A stretch of DNA of 64,000 nt from the human T2T-CHM13v2.0 reference genome, Homo sapiens (GCF_009914755.1 NC_060942.1); one strand, 5' to 3'. Positions 29,328 through 42,314 are shown, counted from the first letter of the stretch. Notes: generated by a model not told the origin, from the letters alone. Numbers and translations: made by a program.

Positions 29328-30235
29328 CTTTGTGGTTTTATCTACTTTTGGTCTTTGATGATGGTGATGTACAGATGGGTTTTTGGTGTGGATGTCCTTT
29401 CTGTTTGTTAGTTTTCCTTCTAACAGACAGGACCCTCAGCTGCAGGTCTGTTGGAATACCCTGCCGTGTGAGGTGTCAGTGTGCCCCTGCTGGGGGGGTG
29501 CCTCCCAGTTAGGCTGCTCGGGGGTCAGGGGTCAGGGACCCACTTGAGGAGGCAGTCTGCCTGTTCTCAGATTTCCAGCTACGTGCTGGGAGAACCACTG
29601 CCCTCTTCAAAGCTGTCAGACAGGGACATTTAAGTCTGCAGAGGTTACTGCTGCCTTTTTGTTTGTCTGTGCCCTGCCCCCAGAGGTGGAGCCTACAGAG
29701 GCAGGCAGGCCTCCTTGAGCTGTGGTGGGCTCCACCCAGTTCTAGCTTCCCGGCTGCTTTGTTTACCTAATCAAGCCTGGGCAATGGCGGGCGCCCCTCC
29801 CCCAGCCTCGCTGCCGCCTTGCAGTTTGATCTCAGACTGCTGTGCTAGCAATCAGCGAGACTCCGTGGGCGTAGGACCCTCCGAGCCAGGTGCGGGATAT
29901 AATCTCATGGTGTGCCGTTTTTAAAGCTGGTCCGAGAAGCGCAATATTCTGGTGGGAGTGACCCGATTTTCCAGGTGAGTCTGTCACCCCTTTCTTTGAC
30001 TCGGAAAGGGAACTCCCTGACCCCTTGCGCTTCCCAAGTGAGGCAATGCCTTGCCTTGCTTCGGCTCACGCACGGTGTGCGCACCCACTGACTTGCGCCC
30101 ACTGTCTGGCACTCCCTAGTGAGATGAACCTGGTACCTCAGATGGAAATGCAGAAATCACCCGTCTTCTGCGTCGCTCACCCTGGGAGCTGTAGACTGGA
30201 GCTGTTCCTATTCGGCCATCTTGGCTCTTCCCCCC
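29328..30235 (-). promoter_or_regulatory. L1 5'UTR with sense internal promoter (YY1 site intact) and antisense promoter firing on the + strand
   Basis: YY1 motif CAAGATGGCC (GGCCATCTTG at 30214-30223); locally CpG-rich. The antisense promoter is inferred from established L1PA biology. Confidence 0.8.
29784..29924 (+). CDS. L1 ORF0, truncated to 46 aa by a premature TAA
   Basis: MAGAPPPASLPPCSLISDCCASNQRDSVGVGPSEPG... matches the ORF0 N-terminus; good Kozak context GCAATGG; TAA at 29922-29924 where the consensus has Leu. Confidence 0.85.
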   Translation: MAGAPPPASLPPCSLISDCCASNQRDSVGVGPSEPGAGYNLMVCRF

Positions 30236-30249
30236 TAGTTTGCTTATTT

Positions 30250-30740
30250 TTAATTCATTGATTAATTCAACTATTATTTACCAAGTGCCTGTTGTGTGTC
30301 AGACACTATTCTAGTTGTCAGTAATACAGCCATAAACAAAAATACGTTACTGCCCTTATGGAGTGTACATTCTACTGGAGGGAAAATAATACACAAATAT
30401 GAAATGAATGCATAATATATTATGTGATGCAAATAAAAAATAAAGCCGTTGAAGAGAAGAGAAAGTGATTGGAGTAGGCTGGGAATAGGAAAGTGAAGAA
30501 TTTTTTACATTCAATGGTCCAGAAAGGTCTCTTTGTCATACAGTGGTATTTGAGCAGGGATCTTAATGAAATTGAGAGCCAGCCCAAGCAGATATCTAGG
30601 GGAAGCAAAGGGAAGACTAAGGACAAATATTCTGAGACTGAAATGTATGTGCTGTTATTGAGGAACAACAGGAGACTGATGTGGCTGGAGCTTAGGGAAG
30701 GAGGAAGCAATGCTAAGAGATGAGGCCAGTACTAAGATAG
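30250..30740 (-). mobile_element. L2 3' fragment
   Basis: TTCATTGATTAATTCAACTATTATTTACCAAGTGCCTGTTGTGTGTCAGACACTATTCTAG...TGCCCTTATGGAGTGTACATTCTA. Confidence 0.7.
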
Positions 30741-31869
30741 CCAGAATGAGACTATTGATGGAGATGGTTGACAGACTTTGCCTGTGACAAACTGCATATG
30801 CTTGTTACACATGGCCACTCTTAATGTTGGTTGATTAAGAGTACTGTCCATTGGAACATGGCAACAGTTTCACCAGTAGAAGCAAGCTGTGTGGTGAGAT
30901 TTAACTCAAAACATTATTTGATAACTAAGTTCTAGTAACAATAATACATACATGATACCCATAATGCCTGATTTCCCTACTTGACTCTAGGAAGGTAGAT
31001 AGGATGAAGAGAAAGTAAAGATAATTAGGGCATATTATAAAAAAGTAATTAGAAATAGTTCTAAAAGGAAATAAACTAATTGTTTCAAAGTTATTTAAAA
31101 TTCAAAACTCACAGTTGTTTAATTGCTTTCTTACATTGCAATTTCGCCAGGGTGAGCAACTGAATCAAGTTCTGTGGATAAGTGGGGGGAAAAATGAATA
31201 GAGAATTAAAGTATTCCAAAAATACTGAATGGGCGTTTAAATGTGTGCAACCTTTTTTATTTCTTAATTGAAATATGAAAGCTGTGCTTAGTGCACAAAT
31301 GAGTGTTATATCCTCATTTTGTAGATGTGGGATAAGGATTAAATGTTATGTCTAATACTACGAAGAGAACACGCTGCTGTTCTGGACAGGAAATTCAAAA
31401 GGAAATAAGTGCCTGGTTTCACTCTTTGGTATAATTATCAATTTCCTTCATTCACCAAGGCTCATATAATGAAGAGCTTTAAATCTACTGTTGGCCATGT
31501 TCAACTGAAACAGAAGTAAAGGTTGCATCCTCTCTTTCCCTTACTGTAGTTCCTCCTGAAATCAGAACTAAGGAAAGCCAGTTTCCAGAGGTCTTTAGTA
31601 AACACAGTCTCAGAACTAGACTTCCTTTTACTCTTATGCCATCCATTTCTTTACTAGTAAGCTGGAATTAATGTTGCATCTCCTCTGTCATCCTATACAT
31701 TGTACCACAAAATATGTATAGGAAAACACAAATTATGAAGTGCTTGAAATATATTACTTCCTGTTTTAGAATTATTATGATTGTAAACTAGGTTGTGCTG
31801 ACCTTAATAAACCACTAGAGATTCTGTAATTTCACCTTGTTCTTTTTCATACATACCCTTTCCCATATA

Positions 31870-32180
31870 GACTTTTCCCTTTATTTGAAATGCCTTCCTT
31901 TCCCATACTACCATGCTTGGCCTGACAAACTCCTATTTATCTTTCTGGGCTGAGGTTTTAAGTGATCTCACCCTGTAAACTTTCCCTAATCATCCTCTCT
32001 GGGTTAGATACCTTTTTGCACCTCAGCTGTGTTGATTTTCATTTTAGATATGTCTTCTGTAGCAGACCACAAACTCCTTGAGAGCAGGAACTGTATTTTC
32101 ATTTTCCTTATATTCACAATATGTACCATAATGCCAGGAACATAGCTGGGTGCTACAAATATTTGTTGAATAATTGAATG
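31870..32180 (+). mobile_element. L2 3' end
   Basis: AGACCACAAACTCCTTGAGAGCAGGAACTGT...ATGCCAGGAACATAGCTGGGTGCTACAAATATTTGTTGAATAATTGAATGA. Confidence 0.7.
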
Positions 32181-32462
32181 ACACAATTTCAAAACAAATA
32201 TATTATTTAACCAAATAAGTAAGTAATGAGAAAGTTACAAATTCTAAGGTCATAAAGATACTTGTAACTTAGAATGCCTTTTAAAGTAATGTACTCCAGT
32301 GTTATCATAAGTAATTGAAATAAGCCTACACATAGTTTACTCAATTATTTTGATGTTCATTGAGATGAGTTTTGTTTCCAGTAAATATTCTGAACATATG
32401 ATGCATCTTAGTTTTTCATGGTAGTTATAGAGAATCTATAGCAATTTAAAATTTGAATAAGA

Positions 32463-32877
<415 letters not shown>

Positions 32878-34481
32878 CTATTTAAATTGAATGTTAATTA
32901 TAATCTGCACAATAAATGTGATCATTATGAGATGGCATTTGATAGTGAAGAGGATAGCTTTACCAGAAAAGAAAAAAGTCCTATTTTTTTCAAGATGTGG
33001 CAACAACTTTACAACTATATACTACAACAAACATGACTGTGACAACGGATTTTAGCATCACTTTCTTTCAAAGATAAAATAGGTTCCCCTAAAAATACTC
33101 CATCTTCCTAACATTTTAAAGAAGGATCGAGATGAAATTTATAATACTATCATTGGGAGCCTTAAGAATTTTACAGAACTTCTCAGTACTGAAATCACTA
33201 CTCTCTCAGGATATTTTTTCATGTGTTTTAAAACACGTGCTGTAGTGAAAGATTATACTGTTAGACTTTTGAAGTACTGGTGAAATAACTTGTTTAACTC
33301 TTCTAAGTTATATATTTGATATTTGCTGCCTTCTCAACATCACAGTTGAGTTGAAAAAAAGTAGTGGCTTTCTTACAATGCTATTGAAATAGCATTATTT
33401 CAATAATAATGAATAACAGGTTGGGCATGGTGGCTCATTATTATTTCAATAATAGTGAAATAATGCTATTTAATGGCCTTATTTGCTTGTCTTCTTTACA
33501 AATCAGTGATTGAACAGTATAGGGAATAATCAATTTTTATCGTACCTCATAATTTATAGAAAAAGTATTAACATTTTGCTGCATGTGCTTACTACGTTAG
33601 AGAAAAAGGTTATAAATGGATGCTATAGCAACATCCTGGCATAATCCTTCATTTATTGACAGTTTTATTGAATATTGTGATTTTTATTGATTTAGTAATA
33701 AATTTCATTTTTGAAACTACTTTTATCTACTTATACTTGTGCCGACGGAAAGTGAGAATGTTGTACCATGGCAATTATTAGAGAATACATTTTAATCCAG
33801 TTAAGTGATTGCATTTTTTTCTTTCCACTCTCCAAGTTATCTTTGTTTGTATTTAAGAGTATTAAACTCATTTCCTTTTTTTCCACATACTAGAGACTGT
33901 GGTAAAGTTATGTGGTGTTTTCTGTAAAATAAGTTTGGAGCCATTAACTGTTGCTTTACTGTCAAAGGACATTTATGTATTCCAAACTGTTTCTTATAAT
34001 AAAACCGTACAACAACAATCAAGTTAACTAAAAATCTCCTTTAAAAGAATACATACACATAAATACACACACATACATCTTTAAATAAATTTTAAAAAAC
34101 GAACCCTGCCCCTAGTTTCACATTTATTACTCTCCATTGAAGTTGCTTTAAATCCACCAAAATTTAGAGACACACAAAATATGGGGGATAAAGAACTTCC
34201 CGTTATTTGAGTATGAACTATAGTTCTGCGCAACCTTAAACTAAGAAAAGGTTGGTGTAATCATTCCACTTTGTTCTATTCTTAGACTTCGTCCTCAGTC
34301 AGAAGTTAATAATAGAGATATGATGCCACCGGAAGTGGCATCTCCTTCCTTTTTTTTCTTTACCATGCAGCATTCTACTTTTCTCTGCCATTCATAACAT
34401 TGGCAGAAGGGAACTTGATAATGAGAGAAAAGATTTTTCTCCCTGCAAGTAATAGGGACTCTTACCTGATGATCACTTAGG

Positions 34482-34638
34482 GCAGTACTCAAAGTGTGAT
34501 CCCCTGGGCATCCACATCAGCATCACCAGGGGCTTGTTAGATACACAAATATCTAACTCTGAGGGTGAGGCCCAGCAAATCTGTATTTTAACAAGCCTCC
34601 TGGTGATTGTGAAGAACACTAAAGTTAGAGGACTACTG
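34482..34638. mobile_element. MER5A hAT-Charlie MITE
   Basis: CTCAAAGTGTGATCCCC...CATCAGCATCACC...CTTGTTAGA...GGCCCAGCAAATCTGTATTTTAACAAGCCTCCTGGTGATT...AAAGTTAGAGGACTACTG. Confidence 0.8.
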
Positions 34639-34884
34639 ATTTAGGGAATAGTTATCATGACAATCACGTTAATCACCCATTAGAGAGTGCACAGATAATT
34701 CTATGCTATCCTTAAAGATCTTCTCCAAATTTATTGTTTAAATGCAGGGAAAAACGATGTAATGAGGTACTGTACCTTTGGACAAATTGCAAATTAGGAA
34801 AAGTTGTCCCTGAAAACTTTTGACTGTGGAGAATTTACCTAATGAGTTACGGCGTGAATTTGAGAACTTCAAAGACTGAGAGCT

Positions 34885-35336
34885 TGTACTGGATTGACTA
34901 GCTTCCTCCAAAATGTTCCCAGTGGCAGTTTCACGTGGAACTACCCAATGTGACCTTAGCTAGAAAGAGGGTTTTTGCAGGTATAACAGTTAGGATGAGG
35001 TCATACTGGATTAGAGTGGGCCCTAAATTCAATCCCTGGTTCCCTACTGGGAAGGTCATTTAGAGAGGCATACATGGAAGAAGGTTGTGTGAAGATGAAG
35101 GCAGACATTGGAGTTAGGCTGCCACAAGCCAAGGAATGTCAAGGATTGCTGCCATCCACCTTGGCTAGGAGAGAGACATGAACAGTTTCTCTTCCAGGGC
35201 TTTCAGAAGGAACCAACCCTGCTGACATCTTGATTTTGGATTTCTGACCTCCTAAACTATTATGGAATAAATTTCTGTTGTTTAAAGCCAACCAGTTTTT
35301 GCTTAATTGTTATGGAAGCCTGGGGAAACTAACAGA
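34885..35336 (+). mobile_element. MLT1 (MLT1B/C-like) MaLR solo LTR
   Basis: AATGTGACCTTA...GATGAGGTCATACTGGATTAGAGTGGGCCCTAAATTCAAT...GCCACAAGCCAAGGAATG...AATAAATTTCTGTTGTTTAAAGCCA...GGAAACTAACA. Confidence 0.85.
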
Positions 35337-35504
35337 GGGCTTTGTAGGGTTTATGTTTTAAGAGTATTCTTTGCCTTGCTCTTAGTCTATAAAGACCTTC
35401 TCATTAAAATGTGCTTTGTAAAGAAATATGCTCTCATCCTTCCCACCTCATCAGTTCCTCCTTCCTCTTCTGCTATATCCACCCCACACATTTGTTTGTT
35501 GGTT

Positions 35505-35988
35505 TTAAGTTTCATTGAGTTATAACTGACAAATTAAAATTGTATTATTCAAGGTGTACAAAGTGATATTACTCTCCACTGAAGTTGCCTTAAATCCACC
35601 AAAATTTAGAGACACTAAACTACATTCAGAAAATGTGGGGCGGGGGAGAAATTCCCCTGTTTTTCAAATATAAATTATGGTTATGTTTCTGCAAGAACCC
35701 CCAACTAAGAAAAGGTTGTTGTAATAATTCCAGTTCATTCTATCCTTACACTTCCTCATCAGTTTAAGGATATTCATATCCATCACCTCACACAGTTGCT
35801 TTCGTATGTGTGTGTGTGTGTAGTGAGGATGGTTGAGATCTACTCTCTTAGCAAGTTTCAAGTATACACTACATTATTATTAACTACAGTCACTATGCTG
35901 TACATTAGGTCTCCAGAAGGCAGAAGGCGGAAGGCTTTTATCGTATAATTGCAAGTTTGTGCCCTTCGACCAACATGTCCGTACTTCC
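35505..35988 (-). mobile_element. L1MA 3' end fragment carrying an internal foreign insert
   Basis: TGACAAATTAAAATTGTA...AAGGTGTACAA and CATATCCATCACCTCACA...ATCTACTCTCTTAGCAAGTTTCAAGTATAC...CTATGCTGTACATTAGGTCTCCAGAA. Confidence 0.75.
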
Positions 35989-36379
<391 letters not shown>

Positions 36380-37256
36380 TTAAATACAAAGCCCTTTTCA
36401 TTGTGGAGAAATAAAGCATTTGTGTATTTTTAGTTAGAAATTATGCATATTATCTCCCATTCGTCTGTCTTTCAATAAAATTTTAAGTTGAGGTGTATTG
36501 TGTTTCTTAAGCTGCTTTATACTCATTTGTTCAAATACATACCAAGCCTTTAATTAGACCATTTGGCTATTTTATTTGCAAATAAGTAATACTATTAAGT
36601 GTATCTGTGCCTCCTTCTGTTGCTGTTTCAATTGTGTCATGAATGCACTGACCCTCCATAGACAGGGTTAATTGGAGTGTGGGCGTGAGTGCATGCATGT
36701 GTGTGGCTGCCTGCTGTAGACTTAAGATAAAGAATGGAGATTTACCAAGCAAAGCTTTTATGTCTTAAAAATAAAACATATGTAATTATGAGTGATATAT
36801 TTAGGAATCCTGCCTTAATAAAATTAATTTGCATGCACTCTACCTTATAGTAATAGTTCTGAGTGACTTTGCTATTTTTTCCCAAACAGCTTAGCAAAGC
36901 ATCTATATTGTAATATGTAAGTAGGCATTTTTAAAAGTCATACAAATGAAAAGAAACATTTAATAAGAATACAACTGTGCTAAAATAATTTAAATGACTT
37001 GAGAGATCTGCCTTTATTATATGTAGATTTATGCTATTTCTCTAGCCAGTAAAACAAACATACAAACAAATCCCTATTTCATTCTTTCAGCACTTCTACT
37101 ATGTGCCAAGTATCAGTTATTAAAAATAGAGAAGAAATTCAGAGTCTTGCTTTCAAAGAGTGATAGTTTTAACAGGGAAGAGGAATAATAGACAGTTAAG
37201 AATCTGCTTAAGGAGAAAACTGGGCCCTTGGGCAGGGGGAAATTTAGAAAGGGTAC

Positions 37257-37699
37257 TGTATTGGCTTCCTAGGGCTGTTGTAACAAATTAACAGAAACTT
37301 GATGGCTTGAAAAAACAGACATTTATTTTGCCACGGTCAGGAGGCTAGAAGTCCAAAATCAAAGCCCCAGCAAGGCCACACCTTCCTCTGCAGGCTAAGT
37401 GGGTGGTTCCTCCCTTGCCTCTTCTAGCTTCTGATGGCCCAGAGCATTCTTTGGCTTGTGGCAAAATAATTCCAATCTCTGCCTTCCTCTACATGACTTT
37501 CTTTGTGTCTCTCTGTCTTCTCTTCTGTCTCTCTTATTAAGAACCTGTATCCTTGGATTTAGAGCCCACCTTAATGCAGGATGATTTCATCCCAAGATCT
37601 AACTTAATTATGTCTATAAAGACTCTTTTCCCAAATACTGTAATATCCACAGGTATTGGATGGACTTATCTTTTGGAGACCAGCATTCAACCTGCTACA
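37257..37699 (-). mobile_element. MLT1 (MLT1C-like) MaLR solo LTR
   Basis: TGTATTGGCTTCCTAGGGCTGTTGTAACAAATTA...GGAGGCTAGAAGTCCAAAATCAA...TTGGCTTGTGGC...ATTCAACCTGCTACA. Confidence 0.85.
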
Positions 37700-40439
37700 G
37701 CCACCTAGAGTAGGTGACACCTCCATTGCAGATCGGGTTTGAGGAGAGAGGGAAAACACATAGTGAGGTATCTTAGGCATAGACAATGTGAGATGTGCAA
37801 GTCTTTCCCATTGACACCAAAATGCCTGGCAAATAGCAAGCACTCAGTGACTGTGGGAATATTAATGAAATACACTCAATGAAAATGGCCACTAGCAGGT
37901 GGACATAAGTCTAGTAATCAGGAGAAAGTCCTGGGTTGGACAGAAGAATGGACAAGATTGCCAATGCAAGCTGTGTGAGAAGCGAAAAGAGTAAAGCAAT
38001 GACCAAGTAATGTCCATCCTTGAGAAATTCTGAAGATGAGGCTGAGAAGGAGTTTGTGGAAAAACAATAGGGAAACCAGCAGAGAAGGGTGGCATAGGAG
38101 AGAAGAGAGAAATTAATCTTTAAAAAAAAAAAAAGGAAGGTGTCAGATTAGGTTAAGCTGATTAAGTAGTATGAAACCTGCATTTGGGAACTTTGATATA
38201 CACAGTTTCAGAAGTTAAAAGTCCAATTTTTCATGGATTAAAAATGGTAGAAAGTTTGACAAACATCTAGAATTTTTTTACCTAATGGACAAAGAAATTA
38301 AACCAATACATGGCCTTCCCTTCATAACACCCAATGCACATGTTTCAGAGAAAGTTCTTCAAAAATTCTGTGTGAGGACACATGTCTGTGACCTGTCTTC
38401 TTTGAAATATGAGACAGACTGTGCAAGTTGCCACAGATTGTTAGAGCCGCTGTGCTGGAGTCGTCTACTTGTAACCTCTCTTCTCGTTGCAGGACATCTT
38501 ATTATATTCACAGTGGGAGAATCCAGTTTCCAAACTGTAATTCTAACTCTGATCTTCCATGTAAAAGCATGTTCTCCAGGGATCCTACTGAATCCACTAT
38601 GAAACATCAGTCAGGCCTACATAAAGTAGATCAGAGACCTTCCTGATCAGTAGTGTGAAAGATCTTGAGAATAAAAGGAGCCTTAATGTTTATACACCAT
38701 AGAGATTTAAAACTGCATTATACTTTGAAGCCATCATCACCTTTTTTCTCTGCAATGACATCTGTTGTTAAGTGCATTTAGGTTTTTTAAGGTTAATAAC
38801 TGAAATACCCGGATCGCTGTAATCTCAACTGTTGGAAAGACACTGAATAAATCATTCCATGGTATGTCGTCAATATACCATCAATTTTGCCTTTTCAATT
38901 CCATGTTAAGGAGTGGTTGAACCCTGAGGTTTCTTTTGACCACTTGATATTCCCCCACAAAATTTTTGAATTAGTCACAATGGTAACTATGTTCAAGCGT
39001 GCTTGCGTCAACTAACATTTTTTTAATTTAAGGATGGTAAATTTGGGCATTTTAGATGTCTTTATTTTAATTGTTAACAATCAATAAGCTTTTAATCCTT
39101 TTCTTAGCTTTATGAACTGAGATTATGGTAAGTATGTTTATTTTAAAAACTTAAAGTGGATTTACTATTCGTTACCTTAAAAAGTTGAGCTTTAAAATTA
39201 GGTGAAATAAATGATGTTATTTAAAAATCAACTTTTTGGCTGTTATGATATTTTTAGATTGGGAATTTAAGAATTTAAATGAGATTATGAAGGAAGTCAT
39301 TTAAAATTTTGTTTTATAAATACTTTGTGTTAGACTTAATAAATCAGAATTTAAAAGTATACAGATTGATAAGAAATTTTTAAGTTGAAGCATATACAAA
39401 ATCTGATTATATAATTTTATGTCACTTATAATAACTGATAACCTATAAACTTAGAACTAACATCAATCAACAGGTCAACAGCTTTTGTCTTAGGGTTAAA
39501 CCATGCAATGTTATAGATCTTAAAAAAAAATTTTACCTAACTGCTATTTTGACATCAAATTCAATTAAGAAATAACTCCAAGACTTCAGCACATCTTAGA
39601 AAAATTCAATAGTGTATATTTTCTACTCTTTTATATTCACAAAACACATATATGTAACTAATTAGAATTTAATAAGCCTTTCACCCGAGAGAAAATTTTG
39701 GTCTCTGTAAAGCTTTTATCCTTGCCCTACTTTTAATGTCACTATCAAGTATGTTATTCTGCCGGGTTTTTAAAAATACAATTTTATGTTATTTTCCTGC
39801 ATGTTGCAATTATGCGGTTTTCTTACATGAATATTGCTTTATGGAGAGAATGCTCTTTGAAATTTTAGAAAAAAAATGAATATTGTTTCTATAGAAATAG
39901 GAATACTCTGAGCAATAGATTGGGAAATGAGACATATTCAGTATGAATCTGAGTCTTTGTTGTTCACACTAGATGAAGGGTAATTTTATAAAAATAAGGC
40001 CAAGAAAAAAATGAAATATGGGATTTCATAGTTTATCTATGATAAGTCAAGCCATTTTATTCTGCCAATAACTCAGCACAATGTAGCCTCAAACCACTCT
40101 ACACCACTGTGTATATGTGTGTGTTTGTGCAGTGATATGATTTGTCAAGGCATTCTGGCGTTAAAAATTTGAGAGAGATTTTTACTGGCTTTTGGTTGTA
40201 AATCATGTTATTTCATAAAGAAAAAGATAAGATCTTAGGTAACGTGAGTTCCTGGCACTTCTGTTCAGGGTTTATCTCATTCCCTACAATTTCCCATCTG
40301 CCACTCATCTTCATTTTATCTCCATATTTTCTATCCTCTATCCTCCTTCTCTGTTGTCTTTTTACTTTCCTACAGTTTCCTCATGCATAATCATAAAAGT
40401 CTCAATTTATTATTACTCCTTTTGAAAATTTATCCCTAA

Positions 40440-40754
<315 letters not shown>

Positions 40755-41393
40755 CATTTCTCATTTATTAAGTGATAATTAACTAATCAAATATATTCAT
40801 GACTGTCAATCAAGACTCTTGAACATCTGAGGAAACCCATGTTACTATGCTGAATCCATGGTATTTCCAGCACAAAACTTTGACCCTTAACAGGAGGCCA
40901 GAAATGCAAAGTCAAGTAAATTGTGCCCCTACCTTCTGTGAAATGGCCTGGCTGGATCTGAGCTCATTGGATTCAGCCCATCTAGAGACTCAGTCATGTT
41001 CATGAATGTACACACCCAGACATTTTTGTGTGTAGAAATGTGTGTACAGGAGAAGGCTTGAGTGAATCGTAAGGGAAAGGAAAGGAGGAGAGGTTGCAGA
41101 TGTGAGAGAGGAGATCATTATTAGACCAAACTCGCAACAGATTGTCTGAGAAGGACCTGAAGCACAGGTGGAAGATTAGCCTTAGGAAGGAAAGGGAGTA
41201 CTTTTCCTCTTAAACAGAAAAGGAGGAGTGAACCAATAAAGATAAGGGGAACTTTTGAGGTAAATGGAAACAGAGTTGAAAGTGATCATGTTGGATGACA
41301 TCTATTTCTTGGTGATAGTGAGAAAAAAAAAGCAAGGGGTGGGACTGAGTCTTGAGAAGAACCAGAAAGGATTCATCTAACTCAAATGCATAC

Positions 41394-41837
41394 TGCATTA
41401 GTCAGGATTCTACAGAGAAACAGAGCCAATAGGATGTGCATATATAGAACTATTTATTTTAGGGAATTGGCTCATGTGACTATGGAGGTTGACAAGTCAA
41501 AAATCTACAGAGTGGGACAGCAGTCTGGAGACTCAGAAAAAGTTGATATTGCAGTGCACATCTGAAGGCTGTCTCCTGCTGAATTCCTTCTTGGTTGGGG
41601 GAAGTCAATCTTTGTTCTATTAAGGCCTTTAGCTGATGGGATGAGGCCCACTCACATTATGGAGACCAGTCTGCTTTACACAAAGGCTACTGATTTAAAT
41701 GTTAATTTCATACACATACACACATACACACACACACACACACACACAAAATAATAATAATAATATCACAGAAACATTCAGACTAATGTTTGACCCATGG
41801 CCCAGCCAAGTTGATACATAAAATTAACCATATGACA
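41394..41837 (-). mobile_element. MLT2 (MLT2B-like) ERV-L solo LTR with an internal (CA)n/(AAT)n
   Basis: TGCATTAGTCAGGATTCTACAGAGAAACAGAGCCAATAGGA...GGCCCAGCCAAGTTGATACATAAAATTAACCATATGACA; exact TSD CATAC (41389-41393 and 41838-41842). Confidence 0.9.
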
Positions 41838-42135
41838 CATACGTTCCATTAGCTGCCAGGCTAACTCCTTGTTCTTCAAAAATCAGTTGTCCTGTCTTCT
41901 CTCAAGGAGACCTTCCTGTAAACCTTTCCCTAGGTGGGAGTTTGCCTTTTTGAACTAAATTGCCAAACTACCCTGTGTTTACTTCTGTCATAAAAACATC
42001 TTTCTTTAATTCCCCCCACCAAAATCTAAGCCACTGAGTATAGTCATTTAGGGAGTTTTTTCGTTCACATCTGTATCTCCAACACCTAAAATGTCCCCAG
42101 GTGCATTGTAGGCACTCAATAAAAGTGATGGATAA

Positions 42136-42314
42136 ATGAGGTAATAAGTTGCATTTATTTTCTATCAGTTTTACTACTCTCTGAAAGCAGCGACAGAGTC
42201 TTAATTACTTTTTTATACCTATGAGGTAATAAGTTGCATTTATTTTCTATCAGTTTTACTACATTGTGAACTCTTTGAAAGCAGGGACAGAGTCTTAATT
42301 ACTTTTTTATACCT
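42136..42314. repeat. Tandem duplication (85 + 94 bp) in an L2 3' end
   Basis: ATGAGGTAATAAGTTGCATTTATTTTCTATCAGTTTTACTAC...GACAGAGTCTTAATTACTTTTTTATACCT occurs twice. Confidence 0.9.

Noticed and set aside
29925-29940. GCTGGTCCGA resembling a Y RNA 5' end
   Set aside because: It is ordinary L1 5'UTR sequence and no Y RNA body follows. I recognised no tRNA, snRNA, snoRNA or rRNA gene anywhere in the window.
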